64,000 bases of DNA from the NCBI GenBank assembly GCA_000998425.1, contig LCDG01000001.1:10558-74557 (forward strand), in the 5' to 3' direction. This document shows, piece by piece, positions 10,738-19,717 of the stretch (the stretch's first letter is position 1; each line of letters opens with the position of its first letter). The stretch is from Candidatus Nomurabacteria bacterium GW2011_GWC2_42_20 (GTDB taxonomy: Bacteria; Patescibacteriota; Minisyncoccia; Phycocordibacterales; UBA1550). A program made the position numbers and the translations under genes. The notes under the pieces were generated by a model, which searched no databases, was not told where the DNA came from, and saw only the letters and a program-made list of their open reading frames with translations.

Positions 10738-11418
10738 ATGATTTACTTCGACAATGTTTCAAAATCCTACCAAGATGGCACTGTAGCGCTAAATGGTGTA
10801 ACACTTTCAATAAAACAAGGAGAGTTTGTTTCAATTGTTGGGCATTCAGGTGCCGGCAAGACGACTCTCGTGAAGCTACTTTTGGGCGAAGACAATCCAA
10901 CGACTGGAAGTGTGTCCTTCGACTCTGTTAATATTAAAAAAATTAAGGCAAAAGATATGCCAGAGCTTCGTCGTCGTATAGGTGTTATTTTCCAAGATTT
11001 TCGCCTCCTTCCCAACAAGACCGCGTATGAAAACGTGGCATTTGCAATGGAGGTCGCAGGTAAAGCAGACGAGGAAATTGCATCAGATGTCCCTCATGTA
11101 CTAGAACTTGTTGATCTCACAAAAAAAATGTGGAACTTTCCTCGACAGCTTTCTGGAGGCGAGTTGCAACGTGTCGCTATTGCGCGCGCTATTGTGAATC
11201 AGCCAGACTTGATTATTGCCGATGAACCAACAGGGAACCTTGATCCAATCAACACTTACGAAATCGTACAAATTTTAAAGAAAATTAATGATATGGGGAC
11301 AACGGTTATCTTAACGACTCACAATAAGGGCGTAGTAGAGGCTCTTGGGAAACGCGTTATTACAATGGACCACGGTAGAATCATTCGTGACGATTCGACT
11401 GGCAAATATGCACTTTAG
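10738..11418 (+). CDS. ftsE: cell-division ABC transporter ATP-binding protein FtsE
   Basis: Walker A GHSGAGKTT, signature LSGGELQRVAIARA, Walker B LIIADEPTGNLD; followed directly by ftsX. Confidence 0.9.
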   Translation: MIYFDNVSKSYQDGTVALNGVTLSIKQGEFVSIVGHSGAGKTTLVKLLLGEDNPTTGSVSFDSVNIKKIKAKDMPELRRRIGVIFQDFRLLPNKTAYENVAFAMEVAGKADEEIASDVPHVLELVDLTKKMWNFPRQLSGGELQRVAIARAIVNQPDLIIADEPTGNLDPINTYEIVQILKKINDMGTTVILTTHNKGVVEALGKRVITMDHGRIIRDDSTGKYAL

Positions 11419-11443
11419 GAATTAGTGTGACACGTGATACAAT

Positions 11444-12388
11444 ATGTATAACATTATGTTTTGGACAACTATCAAACGAATTATAAAAGCAGGATTCATA
11501 AGTTTTTGGAGAAACGGCAGTGTCTCGCTTTCTGCTGTATTTGTAATGATAGTCGCGCTTTTTATGATTGCTTCTACGCTTTTAATCACGGCATTCCTCG
11601 GTACCGCACTCAAAGATCTTCAGGACAAGATCGATATTAATATTTATGTGGACGAAAAAGCCACAGAACCCGCAATTTTGAGTCTAAAGGAAAAAATTGA
11701 AATTCTTCCAGAGGTTAAATCAGTTTCATATATTTCACGAGAGCAAGCTCTAGAGAATTTTCGAATTCGTCACGAAAACGACCATCGCATCATCCAGGCA
11801 CTTGATGAAATAGGAGACAATCCATTGCCAGCAACACTTACGATAAAGGCAAAGGAGCCATCGCAATATGAAGGTATTTCAAATTTTCTTTCAAATAAAT
11901 CCGAGCTTTCAGCAGGGAGTACGCTTTCGATAGTAAGCAAAGTAAACTACAATGACAACAAAGTAGCTATTGACCGTCTTTCAAAAATTATTATCGGGGT
12001 GAAAAAGCTTGGCGGCATTATCACGGCTATGATGATTGGTATTTCTATACTAATTACATTTAACACTATTCGCCTTGCTATCTTTATTGCTCGTGATGAA
12101 ATAGGGGTGATGCGCCTTGTGGGTGGTAGTAATGAATACGTGCGCGGACCGTTTGTTGTTGAGGGAATCTTGTATGGACTCGTTGCTGCATTTTTGACAC
12201 TCATTTTATTTTATCCTGTCACTTACTGGCTCAAAAATACGACACAGGTATTTTATGGTGGTGTCGACCTGCTGCACTATTTTGTTGCAAACTTCGTGCA
12301 AATATTCGTTATTATAATTCTTTCTGGGATAGCGCTTGGCGCAGTTTCCAGCTATCTCGCGGTTCGAAAATATTTAACATCAAAATAA
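11444..12388 (+). CDS. ftsX: cell-division permease FtsX
   Basis: 314 aa; N-terminal TM, a large periplasmic loop, and three C-terminal TM helices. Both its position after ftsE and its topology match FtsX. Confidence 0.85.
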   Translation: MYNIMFWTTIKRIIKAGFISFWRNGSVSLSAVFVMIVALFMIASTLLITAFLGTALKDLQDKIDINIYVDEKATEPAILSLKEKIEILPEVKSVSYISREQALENFRIRHENDHRIIQALDEIGDNPLPATLTIKAKEPSQYEGISNFLSNKSELSAGSTLSIVSKVNYNDNKVAIDRLSKIIIGVKKLGGIITAMMIGISILITFNTIRLAIFIARDEIGVMRLVGGSNEYVRGPFVVEGILYGLVAAFLTLILFYPVTYWLKNTTQVFYGGVDLLHYFVANFVQIFVIIILSGIALGAVSSYLAVRKYLTSK

Positions 12389-12397
12389 CGTTCACTT

Positions 12398-14056
12398 ATG
12401 AAAAAGAAAACACGCAAGTATATTTTTGTGGTAGGTGGCGTGATTTCTGGAGTCGGCAAAGGGATAACAACTTCCTCTATTGGCAAGATATTGCAGTCTC
12501 ATGGGTATAGGGTAACGGCAATGAAGATTGACCCATATGTGAACGTGGACGCTGGCACGATGAACCCGACTGAGCACGGCGAAGTGTTTGTGCTCAAAGA
12601 CGGCGACGAGACGGATCAGGACATGGGTAATTATGAGCGCTTTCTTGAGACCTCTCTCTCGCGTGATAATTACATGACGACTGGGCGTGTGTACCTCTCG
12701 GTCATTGAAAAAGAGCGGGCACTCGCATACAAGGGTAAGTGCGTGCAGGTTGTGCCACATATTCCATACGAGGTGATTAACCGTATAAATAACGCGGTAG
12801 ACAAGGCAAATGCCGAGATTGTCGTTATTGAGGTCGGAGGTACTGTAGGCGAGTACGAGAATATTCTTTTTCTCGAAACGGCTCGAATGCTTAAAATCAA
12901 AAACCCAGATGATGTACTTTTCGCCATTGTGAGTTATTTGCCTACTCCTTCAAAGGTAGGGGAGATGAAAACAAAGCCTACACAGCATGCAGTACGTGCT
13001 CTCAATAGTGCCGGGATTCAACCAGATTTTATTATTGCGCGTAGCGATATTGCGCTAGATAATAAGCGCAAAGAAAAACTCGCGCTTTTTTGCAATGTAC
13101 TTCCTGAAAGCGTAATATCTGCTCCCGATGTAGATAGTATCTATGACGTTCCAGTGAACTTTGAAAAAGATAAGCTTGGTGAAAAAATTTTGAAGCGTCT
13201 AAATCTAAAATCACGCGGCACGACAGCTGTATGGAAAGAATGGGAAGCATTTGCGCGTAAGGCAAATAAAGTGAAAGATGAGGTGCGTATTGCTGTAGTT
13301 GGAAAATATTTTGATACTGGTGATTATGTTCTCTCAGACTCATATTTGTCGGTTATCGAAGCACTCAAATATTCAGCCATTCACCAAGGTAAAAAAGCAA
13401 AACTCGTATGGCTCAGTGCAGATACTTTTGAAGGAAAGAACCCACCACTTGCAGAGCTTATTGGGTTTGATGGCATACTTATTCCAGGAGGCTTTGGTTC
13501 GCGAGGTGTAGAAGGGAAGATTAATGTTATTCGTTTTGCACGAGAGCACAAGATTCCATACTTTGGTATTTGTTATGGTATGCAGCTAGCCGTCATTGAG
13601 TATGCGAGAAACGTACTTGGTTTCAATGACGCAACTTCACGCGAGATTGACCCAAAATCAAAACATATAGTCATTGATATTATGGAAGGACAAAAAGAAA
13701 ATATTAAAAGTGGTAATCTTGGTGGGAGCATGCGTCTAGGAGCATACGAAGCAGTGCTCAAAAAAGGAACAATAGCGCGCAACGTATATGGCGAAGACAG
13801 GATCGTTGAGCGACACAGGCATCGCTTTGAAGTGAACCCAGAATACATTGAAGCCCTTGAGTCAAAGGGGCTCGTATTCTCAGGCAGATCACCGGATGGT
13901 AGACTCATGGAAATTGCCGAGCTACCAGCAAGCGTACATCCCTTCTTCCTTGGCGCGCAGTTTCATCCAGAGTTTGAGGCGCGTCCTCTAGCAACACATA
14001 AACTTTTTTCCGCGTTTATAAAAGCGGCCATTGTTCGTAATAAAAAGGTTAAATAG
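12398..14056 (+). CDS. pyrG: CTP synthase
   Basis: 552 aa; N-terminal synthetase P-loop VVGGVISGVGKGI; C-terminal glutamine amidotransferase with FGICYGMQLAVIEYARNVLG and the HPEF motif. Confidence 0.95.
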   Translation: MKKKTRKYIFVVGGVISGVGKGITTSSIGKILQSHGYRVTAMKIDPYVNVDAGTMNPTEHGEVFVLKDGDETDQDMGNYERFLETSLSRDNYMTTGRVYLSVIEKERALAYKGKCVQVVPHIPYEVINRINNAVDKANAEIVVIEVGGTVGEYENILFLETARMLKIKNPDDVLFAIVSYLPTPSKVGEMKTKPTQHAVRALNSAGIQPDFIIARSDIALDNKRKEKLALFCNVLPESVISAPDVDSIYDVPVNFEKDKLGEKILKRLNLKSRGTTAVWKEWEAFARKANKVKDEVRIAVVGKYFDTGDYVLSDSYLSVIEALKYSAIHQGKKAKLVWLSADTFEGKNPPLAELIGFDGILIPGGFGSRGVEGKINVIRFAREHKIPYFGICYGMQLAVIEYARNVLGFNDATSREIDPKSKHIVIDIMEGQKENIKSGNLGGSMRLGAYEAVLKKGTIARNVYGEDRIVERHRHRFEVNPEYIEALESKGLVFSGRSPDGRLMEIAELPASVHPFFLGAQFHPEFEARPLATHKLFSAFIKAAIVRNKKVK

Positions 14057-14090
14057 TTTTCGTAGGGATGTTTAAGAAAAAATAGCGATC

Positions 14091-14633
14091 ATGAAAAAGA
14101 TACTTATTATAGTTGCCACAATAATTATAACCATCAATTTTATTGTATCATGGAGACTCGCTGGGAAGGAAAAATTGGTAGTAGTAACAAATTTTGCAGA
14201 GTGTTACGCAACAGGAAGCCTTATTATGGAAAGCTACCCGCGTCAGTGTCGGTATGACGGAAAAACATTTACCGAAAACATTGGCAACGAGTTGGAAAAA
14301 GCGAACATTATTCGTCTGGATAGCCCACGCCCAAACCAAATTATACAAAGTCCGTTACTTATTAAGGGGCAGGCGCGTGGAAACTGGTTCTTCGAAGCGA
14401 GTTTCCCAGTATTTCTTGTAAATTGGGACGGGCTCATTATTGCGCAAGGAATAGCACAGGCAAAAAGTGATTGGATGACTACAGATTTTGTGCCATTTGA
14501 AGCAACCATCGCATTCGTTGTAGATAAAGATGTGTATAGCACCAGAGGCTCGCTCATTCTTAAGAAGGACAATCCATCAGGACTTCCAGAGCATGATGAC
14601 GCAATGGAGATTCCTATAGTATTTCAAAAATAG
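14091..14633 (+). CDS. hypothetical membrane-anchored/secreted protein
   Basis: 180-aa ORF with an N-terminal TM helix; no recognisable motif. Confidence 0.45.
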   Translation: MKKILIIVATIIITINFIVSWRLAGKEKLVVVTNFAECYATGSLIMESYPRQCRYDGKTFTENIGNELEKANIIRLDSPRPNQIIQSPLLIKGQARGNWFFEASFPVFLVNWDGLIIAQGIAQAKSDWMTTDFVPFEATIAFVVDKDVYSTRGSLILKKDNPSGLPEHDDAMEIPIVFQK

Positions 14634-14638
14634 TAATT

Positions 14639-15529
14639 ATGCCTGATAAATATACAGCTGTGTGGGTGTCGCATTCGTCAATGGGGGACTTTATCAAGTG
14701 CCCTCGTTCATACTACCTGCACAATATGTACAAGGATCCGCGTACTGGGCATAAAGTTTCTATTGTGAGTCCGCATATGTCGCTCGGTATTGCAGTGCAT
14801 GAGGTTCTAGAAGGGCTAGCGGATTTTCCGGCAGACACGCGGATGGATAGAGACCTCCTCGCGCTTTATGAGGCAGAATGGAAAAAAGTTTCTGGAAAGA
14901 AAGGCGGCTTTTCTGGTGATGAGGAAGAAGCAGAATTTAAAATTCGCGGAAAAGTTATGCTTGAAAAAGTGACTTGCGATCCGCGTTTTCTCGTGAATAA
15001 ATGCATCAAGCTTCCACAGGACAAAATGCCATGCAACTTTTATTTGAGCGAAGAACACAATATTATTTTGAATGGGCTTGTTGACTGGATTGAGTATTTG
15101 CCACAGACTGATTCGCTCCATATTATAGATTTTAAAACAGGGAAGAATGAGGAGAAGGACGGCTCGCTCCAACTTCCAATCTATCTACTACTTTGCGACG
15201 CGCTTCACAAAAAACGCAAAGTGACAAAGGCGAGCTACTGGTATTTGGAAAGCGACAAACTTATTGAGAAGAAATTACCAGATATAGACATTGCTCGACA
15301 GGAAGTGCTTGACGTTGCCTTGAAGGTGAAGGATGCGCGCGATACCGCAAAGAGGGATGGTGTAGAAAAAGCTTTTGTTTGCCCACATGGAGCGTATGAT
15401 ATTACCACGAAGACTGGCGGGTGTAGTAGCTGTCGCCCATATGAATTTATTCTTGCTGGTGATTCAGCTGTAGAATTTGTCGGCGTCGGTGGCTTTAGTC
15501 AGGATATGTATGTGCTAAAAAGAGTGTAA
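14639..15529 (+). CDS. PD-(D/E)XK nuclease, Cas4/RecB-family-like with a 4-Cys (Fe-S) arrangement
   Basis: 296 aa. It carries the motif HIIDFKTGKNEE (the hhDxKTG type of RecB/Cas4/AddB) and a Q...Y motif (LQLPIYLLL). There is one N-terminal Cys (CPRSYYLH) plus a C-terminal CPHG...GGCSSC triad. Confidence 0.6.
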   Translation: MPDKYTAVWVSHSSMGDFIKCPRSYYLHNMYKDPRTGHKVSIVSPHMSLGIAVHEVLEGLADFPADTRMDRDLLALYEAEWKKVSGKKGGFSGDEEEAEFKIRGKVMLEKVTCDPRFLVNKCIKLPQDKMPCNFYLSEEHNIILNGLVDWIEYLPQTDSLHIIDFKTGKNEEKDGSLQLPIYLLLCDALHKKRKVTKASYWYLESDKLIEKKLPDIDIARQEVLDVALKVKDARDTAKRDGVEKAFVCPHGAYDITTKTGGCSSCRPYEFILAGDSAVEFVGVGGFSQDMYVLKRV

Positions 15530-15537
15530 GAAATTTT

Positions 15538-15858
15538 ATGGAAAAAATGCATATCAATGAAAGGGGATCTCACACGACGGTTATCGAAGGGTCCAAAGAT
15601 ATTTTAAAACTTCTAAAAAAAGCTGGAGTAGAGGTCTCCCCAGGTGTTATCGAGGGGAATGTTAAGGCAAAGGGGAAAAGCGTAAAATTGAAAAAGTTCA
15701 ATAACGAAACTTTTGAAATGGTCGTGGTAGTAAACAGCAGCAAGCAGACTTTCAAGGTGTACGGCAACAACCAAGATGGTATTAGTAGTGCTATACGAGG
15801 ACTGAAAGCTGACGGATGGAATGTTCTTGATACGATGGATTTATCTAGCGGAGCTTAA
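15538..15858 (+). CDS. hypothetical protein
   Basis: 106-aa ORF 8 nt after the nuclease gene; Lys-rich, no motif recognised. Confidence 0.4.
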   Translation: MEKMHINERGSHTTVIEGSKDILKLLKKAGVEVSPGVIEGNVKAKGKSVKLKKFNNETFEMVVVVNSSKQTFKVYGNNQDGISSAIRGLKADGWNVLDTMDLSSGA

Positions 15859-15977
15859 TTTAAGTATAAAAATAAATATGGAACGCCTATATATACGTAT
15901 GTAGAAGAGACCACTCATTTTTTACTGCTTGAAAAAACATGGATTTTGCGGTATGGTAGCAATATTCTGATGAATAT

Positions 15978-16048
15978 TGCGAGATCGTCTAATGGTAGGA
16001 CATCGCCCTCTGGAGGCGGTTATCTTGGTTCGAATCCAGGTCTCGCAG
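15978..16048 (+). tRNA. tRNA-Gln (CUG)
   Basis: U1:A72 acceptor tgcgaga/tctcgca with discriminator G, anticodon arm tcgcc-ctCTGga-ggcgg, T-arm cttgg-ttcgaat-ccagg. Confidence 0.8.
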
Positions 16049-16360
16049 CCGATTTTAAGTTTTTTGCGCGACCAGTAGGTCATTATGGTGAATGAGAAGC
16101 GTTCCTTTACAAAAAAGCTAAAAATCGCGTCGCAGTGTCGCGCATAGCGACACAAGACGTGAACTAATTAGCCCGCCATAGCAATGGAGACAATAAAAAA
16201 GTTGAGACAGGCTCAGTGACTAAAAATCCACAGTGAGTTATTTTTTTCTGAGGTCTTCGTCCAAGAGTCTGCGGTCAAGCGACTGCGTCCAGGACGTGAA
16301 CCTGCTGGTTCAAAATCTACTTATTCAAAAGCAAATAATTCGTCTACGTCGCTAATAACC

Positions 16361-16401
16361 GTGAAAAATTGTGTTTTTAGGCAGATTTTCACGGTTATGG
16401 T
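16361..16401 (+). repeat. hairpin repeat copy A (9-bp perfect inverted repeat ccgtgaaaa/ttttcacgg, followed by ttatg)
   Basis: ccgtgaaaaattgtgtttttaggcagattttcacggttatg; a homologous copy lies at 17104-17143. Confidence 0.5.
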
Positions 16402-16478
16402 TGCAAAAGAGTGAAAATTCCCGTAGGACGAATAAAGAATTGCAAGTTGATACTTATGTTATACTACCTCAAATAAAC

Positions 16479-16880
16479 ATGAAAAAAGATTATAAAGAGT
16501 GGCACTCGAAGAAATCAGAAATTAGTGAAATCAAAAAGAGCCCCTTCTTTCACGAGCGCGAAATTTGGTTTTGTTACCTTGGTTCGAATATAGGTTTTGA
16601 GCAAGACGGAGGGGAGGAATTTTTGAGACCTGTTGTTGTTTTTCGTAAGTTCAACAACGAAATCTTTTGGGCGATTCCACTTACAAAGTCAAAAAAGAAG
16701 CTAAACAAAAAGACGGAGTGTTATTATTACTCATTTTCATTCATACCTGAGGTTACGAGCCTCGCGATATTGTCACAAATTCGTTTAGTTGACGCAAAGA
16801 GACTAAGTCGTCACATTGGTACAATGCCCGAAGAAAGCTTTGATGAACTAAAGAAAAAACTCAAAGCATTAATACCTTGA
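16479..16880 (+). CDS. PemK/MazF-family endoribonuclease toxin-like protein with a ~25-aa N-terminal extension; no cognate antitoxin ORF detected
   Basis: The segment ...EIWFCYLGSNIGFEQDGGEEFLRPVVVFRKFNNEIFWAIPLTKSKKK... and the C-terminal ...LSQIRLVDAKRLSRHIGTMPEESFDELKKKL follow the Kid/PemK pattern (GEIW...G.EQ.G.RPvvV...P.T...R..D...R.....VPE...E.L..L). The track ORF from 16371 uses a GTG start; the first ATG is at 16479. Confidence 0.6.
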   Translation: MKKDYKEWHSKKSEISEIKKSPFFHEREIWFCYLGSNIGFEQDGGEEFLRPVVVFRKFNNEIFWAIPLTKSKKKLNKKTECYYYSFSFIPEVTSLAILSQIRLVDAKRLSRHIGTMPEESFDELKKKLKALIP

Positions 16881-17103
16881 GTTTCTCTTTTTCCTCTACC
16901 TTGCGGCAGAGTCGGGCCGAAGCCGTTTGTAAGTAAAATATACACTACTTACGAAAGAATTGCAAATTTTTCAAGCTGAGTTATCCACAGGCAAGGAAAT
17001 GAATGAGTATTTTTAGGCAACAAAAACCGCATTCTAAAATGCTACTTTTGTTAGAGGTGGTGGTCTCACGCAATAACTTATGAAGGCACTTTTGCATAAT
17101 AAC

Positions 17104-17143
17104 TATGAAAATTATGTTTCTAGGCACATTTTCATAGTTATGC
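17104..17143 (+). repeat. hairpin repeat copy B (10-bp perfect inverted repeat, followed by ttatg)
   Basis: ctatgaaaattatgtttctaggcacattttcatagttatg. Partial extra copies (ataacttatgaagg, catgaaaatttctaagca) lie nearby. Confidence 0.5.
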
Positions 17144-17319
17144 TAACGAAAACATGAAAATTTCTAAGCACCCCTTTTTTGAAGTTTTAAATACAAAAGG
17201 TGGTGGAAGAAATTCTTTTGCCAACAGCCTCACTTAATTTTCTTAGATTGATAGTGGACTTTTTGTAATAAAAATTTATTAGGGGTATACTTTGAGTTAC
17301 CAACACGGCTTATAATTTT

Positions 17320-17667
17320 ATGCAAAAAATCGAAGATTTAACCACCAGAATAACGGCTTTCAGGGATGCGAGAGACTGGAAGCAATTCCATAACCCAAAA
17401 GACTGTGCAATTTCGCTTGCGCTTGAAGCGGCAGAAGTACTAGAGCATTTTCAGTGGAAAAACAAGGAGGAAATGGAAGTTTATGCAAAAACAAACAAAG
17501 AAGAAATAAGCGAAGAGTTAGCTGATGTTTTGTATTGGGTTCTTTTGATGAGTAAGGATCTTGACATCGATGTATTAGAGGCTCTACATAAAAAAATGAA
17601 GAAGAATGAAGATAAGTATCCAGTTGAAAAAGCAAAGGGCAAACATACTAAGTATACTGAACTATAA
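17320..17667 (+). CDS. MazG-like nucleoside triphosphate pyrophosphohydrolase (all-alpha NTP-PPase)
   Basis: 115 aa ...DWKQFHNPKDCAISLALEAAEVLEHFQWK...ISEELADVLYWVLLMSKDLDIDVLEALHKKMKKNEDKYP, the MazG/YpjD pattern (E.EL.DVL..L.......I.L). A TATAAT box sits 12 nt upstream of the ATG. Confidence 0.8.
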   Translation: MQKIEDLTTRITAFRDARDWKQFHNPKDCAISLALEAAEVLEHFQWKNKEEMEVYAKTNKEEISEELADVLYWVLLMSKDLDIDVLEALHKKMKKNEDKYPVEKAKGKHTKYTEL

Positions 17668-17670
17668 AAT

Positions 17671-19692
17671 ATGTCAGAAATTAAAACTTTTCAATTTGAT
17701 AAAGATAAATTTGAACAAATAAGAAGTTACAAGTTTGGTAGAAACTGGCCTGTCGTGTATGTTATCGAAGACGGGAAGGAGCTCTATATTGGGGAGACCA
17801 CAAGTGTGTATTCGAGAAGTAAACAACACCATGAAAATCCAGATAGGGCAAAACTTAATAGAATTCATATCATTACAGATGATGAATATAATAAATCTGC
17901 AACATTAGATATTGAATCTCTGCTAATTCAATATATCTCTGCCGAAGGCACATTTAAAATTCAAAACGGTAATGATGGGCTAAGAAATCATAATTATTTT
18001 GATAAGGAAAAATATAGAGCAAAATTTGAATCTACGTGGGAGAAGCTGAAAGAGATGGCGCTTGTGAAGCAGGATTTGGTCCAGATAAAAAATAGCGACT
18101 TATTTAAGTATTCTCCATACAAGGCCCTGACCGAAGACCAACTGATGGTTGTAAAATGTATTTCTAAAAATTTGGAGGCAAACAAGGAAAAGACTTATAT
18201 AATCAATGGCAAGCCAGGGACTGGAAAAACAATCCTCGCTGTTTACCTAATTAAGTATTTGAAAGAAAATAAAAAAACGAAACACCTAAATGTTGCATTA
18301 GTTGTTCCAATGACGTCGCTAAGGAAAACCATTAGAAAAGTATTTTCCAAAGTTGCTGGATTGAAGTCTAGTATGGTTGTCGGACCTAATGAAGTAGTAA
18401 ATAAGAATTACGATATTCTGATAGTTGATGAGGCTCACAGGTTAAAACAGAGAAAGAATATCGCCAACTATAGGTCATTCGACATCACAAATAAAAAACT
18501 CGGTTTTGATAATTCAGGCACGGAACTAGACTGGATAATGAAATCCTCGAAACAACAGATTTTTTTCTATGATAAGAATCAAACAATAAGACCAACGGAC
18601 GTAAGGCCTGATAAATTTAACAAACTTGGTGCTATTCATTACGACTTAGTCAGTCAGCAAAGAATAAGCGCAGGGGAGGAATACATTAATTTTATTGATG
18701 ACCTATTTGATCTTAAGGACCTCAGAAAATATACTTTCCCAGATTATGATTTTCAAATTTATGATGATATTCATAAAATGGTTGAGGATATAAAGAACAA
18801 GGATGCAGAAATGAAACTTTGTAGAATGGTTGCTGGTTACGCTTGGCCGTGGAATTCAAAGAAAAATATAAATAATCACGATATAGAAATTGATGGATTG
18901 AAGATGTTTTGGAATAGTACGAACCAAGATTGGGTAAATTCAAAAAATGCTATAAATGAAGTTGGTTGCATCCATACTGTGCAGGGCTATGATCTAAATT
19001 ACATTGGTGTAATAATTGGGCCTGAAATCTCATATGATGAAGGGAATAGAAAATTGATAGTTAATCCTGATAACTATTTAGATGCAAATGGATGGAAAGG
19101 CATCAATGATCCTGATGAACTCGAAAGATACATTATAAATATTTACAAAACGCTCCTAACCCGAGGCATAAAAGGTGCTTATGTTTATATTGTGGATAAA
19201 AAGCTAGCCAAGTATTTCAGAGATAATATTAAATTAAATAGACAAATAAGTAACACCGCAGCAAAAGAAAAAATTGTTTCTCCATATGCCATAGAAATGA
19301 TCAGCGTGCCACTTCTCGGTATGGCTCCATGTGGCGCTCCGTTTAATGCAGAAGAAAACACTGATGAAATGATCCTTGTTCCAAAAAGTAAAATTCAGCG
19401 TGGCATAGAGTATTTCATTCTGCGTGCTACAGGAGACTCTATGAATAAAGTTGGAATAAATGATGGTGACCTAGTACTCTGTAAGCAAAAATTAACTGCA
19501 CATGAAAATGACAAAGTTGTTGCCTTAATTGGAGACAGAGTGACGATTAAGGAATTTCATCGAGATGGAGCACAGATTGTGCTTAGACCCAGATCTACAA
19601 ATCCGGAGCATCGAGATATTTATCCTGATGAAGATGTTCAAGTTCAAGGTATAGTATTGGAAGTAATAAACAGATTTGAGTATGAAGAATAA
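17671..19692 (+). CDS. tri-domain fusion: GIY-YIG nuclease + DUF2075 (Schlafen-like P-loop NTPase) + C-terminal LexA/UmuD-type S24 self-cleaving peptidase
   Basis: The GIY-YIG motif is WPVVYVIEDGKELYIGETTSVYSRSKQH. The ATPase has Walker A INGKPGTGKT, Walker B ILIVDEAHRL and a later IHTVQGYDLNYIGVIIG segment. The C-terminal ~130 aa read VPLLGMAPCGAPF...ILRATGDSM..GINDGDLVL...KVVALIGDRVTIKEFHRDG..IVLRPRS.NPEH, aligning with LexA/UmuD (Ser in GDSM, Lys in TIKEF, UmuD-like Cys-Gly cleavage site). Confidence 0.7.
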   Translation: MSEIKTFQFDKDKFEQIRSYKFGRNWPVVYVIEDGKELYIGETTSVYSRSKQHHENPDRAKLNRIHIITDDEYNKSATLDIESLLIQYISAEGTFKIQNGNDGLRNHNYFDKEKYRAKFESTWEKLKEMALVKQDLVQIKNSDLFKYSPYKALTEDQLMVVKCISKNLEANKEKTYIINGKPGTGKTILAVYLIKYLKENKKTKHLNVALVVPMTSLRKTIRKVFSKVAGLKSSMVVGPNEVVNKNYDILIVDEAHRLKQRKNIANYRSFDITNKKLGFDNSGTELDWIMKSSKQQIFFYDKNQTIRPTDVRPDKFNKLGAIHYDLVSQQRISAGEEYINFIDDLFDLKDLRKYTFPDYDFQIYDDIHKMVEDIKNKDAEMKLCRMVAGYAWPWNSKKNINNHDIEIDGLKMFWNSTNQDWVNSKNAINEVGCIHTVQGYDLNYIGVIIGPEISYDEGNRKLIVNPDNYLDANGWKGINDPDELERYIINIYKTLLTRGIKGAYVYIVDKKLAKYFRDNIKLNRQISNTAAKEKIVSPYAIEMISVPLLGMAPCGAPFNAEENTDEMILVPKSKIQRGIEYFILRATGDSMNKVGINDGDLVLCKQKLTAHENDKVVALIGDRVTIKEFHRDGAQIVLRPRSTNPEHRDIYPDEDVQVQGIVLEVINRFEYEE

Positions 19693-19717
19693 ATAATATT
19701 GAATCTAAAAAATAATT

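Noticed and set aside
15978-16370. tmRNA (ssrA) hypothesis for the tRNA-like element plus the long downstream spacer
   Set aside because: The element is a complete canonical tRNA-Gln with an anticodon arm. No tag-peptide reading frame ending in ...AA-stop and no split tRNA-like domain was found.
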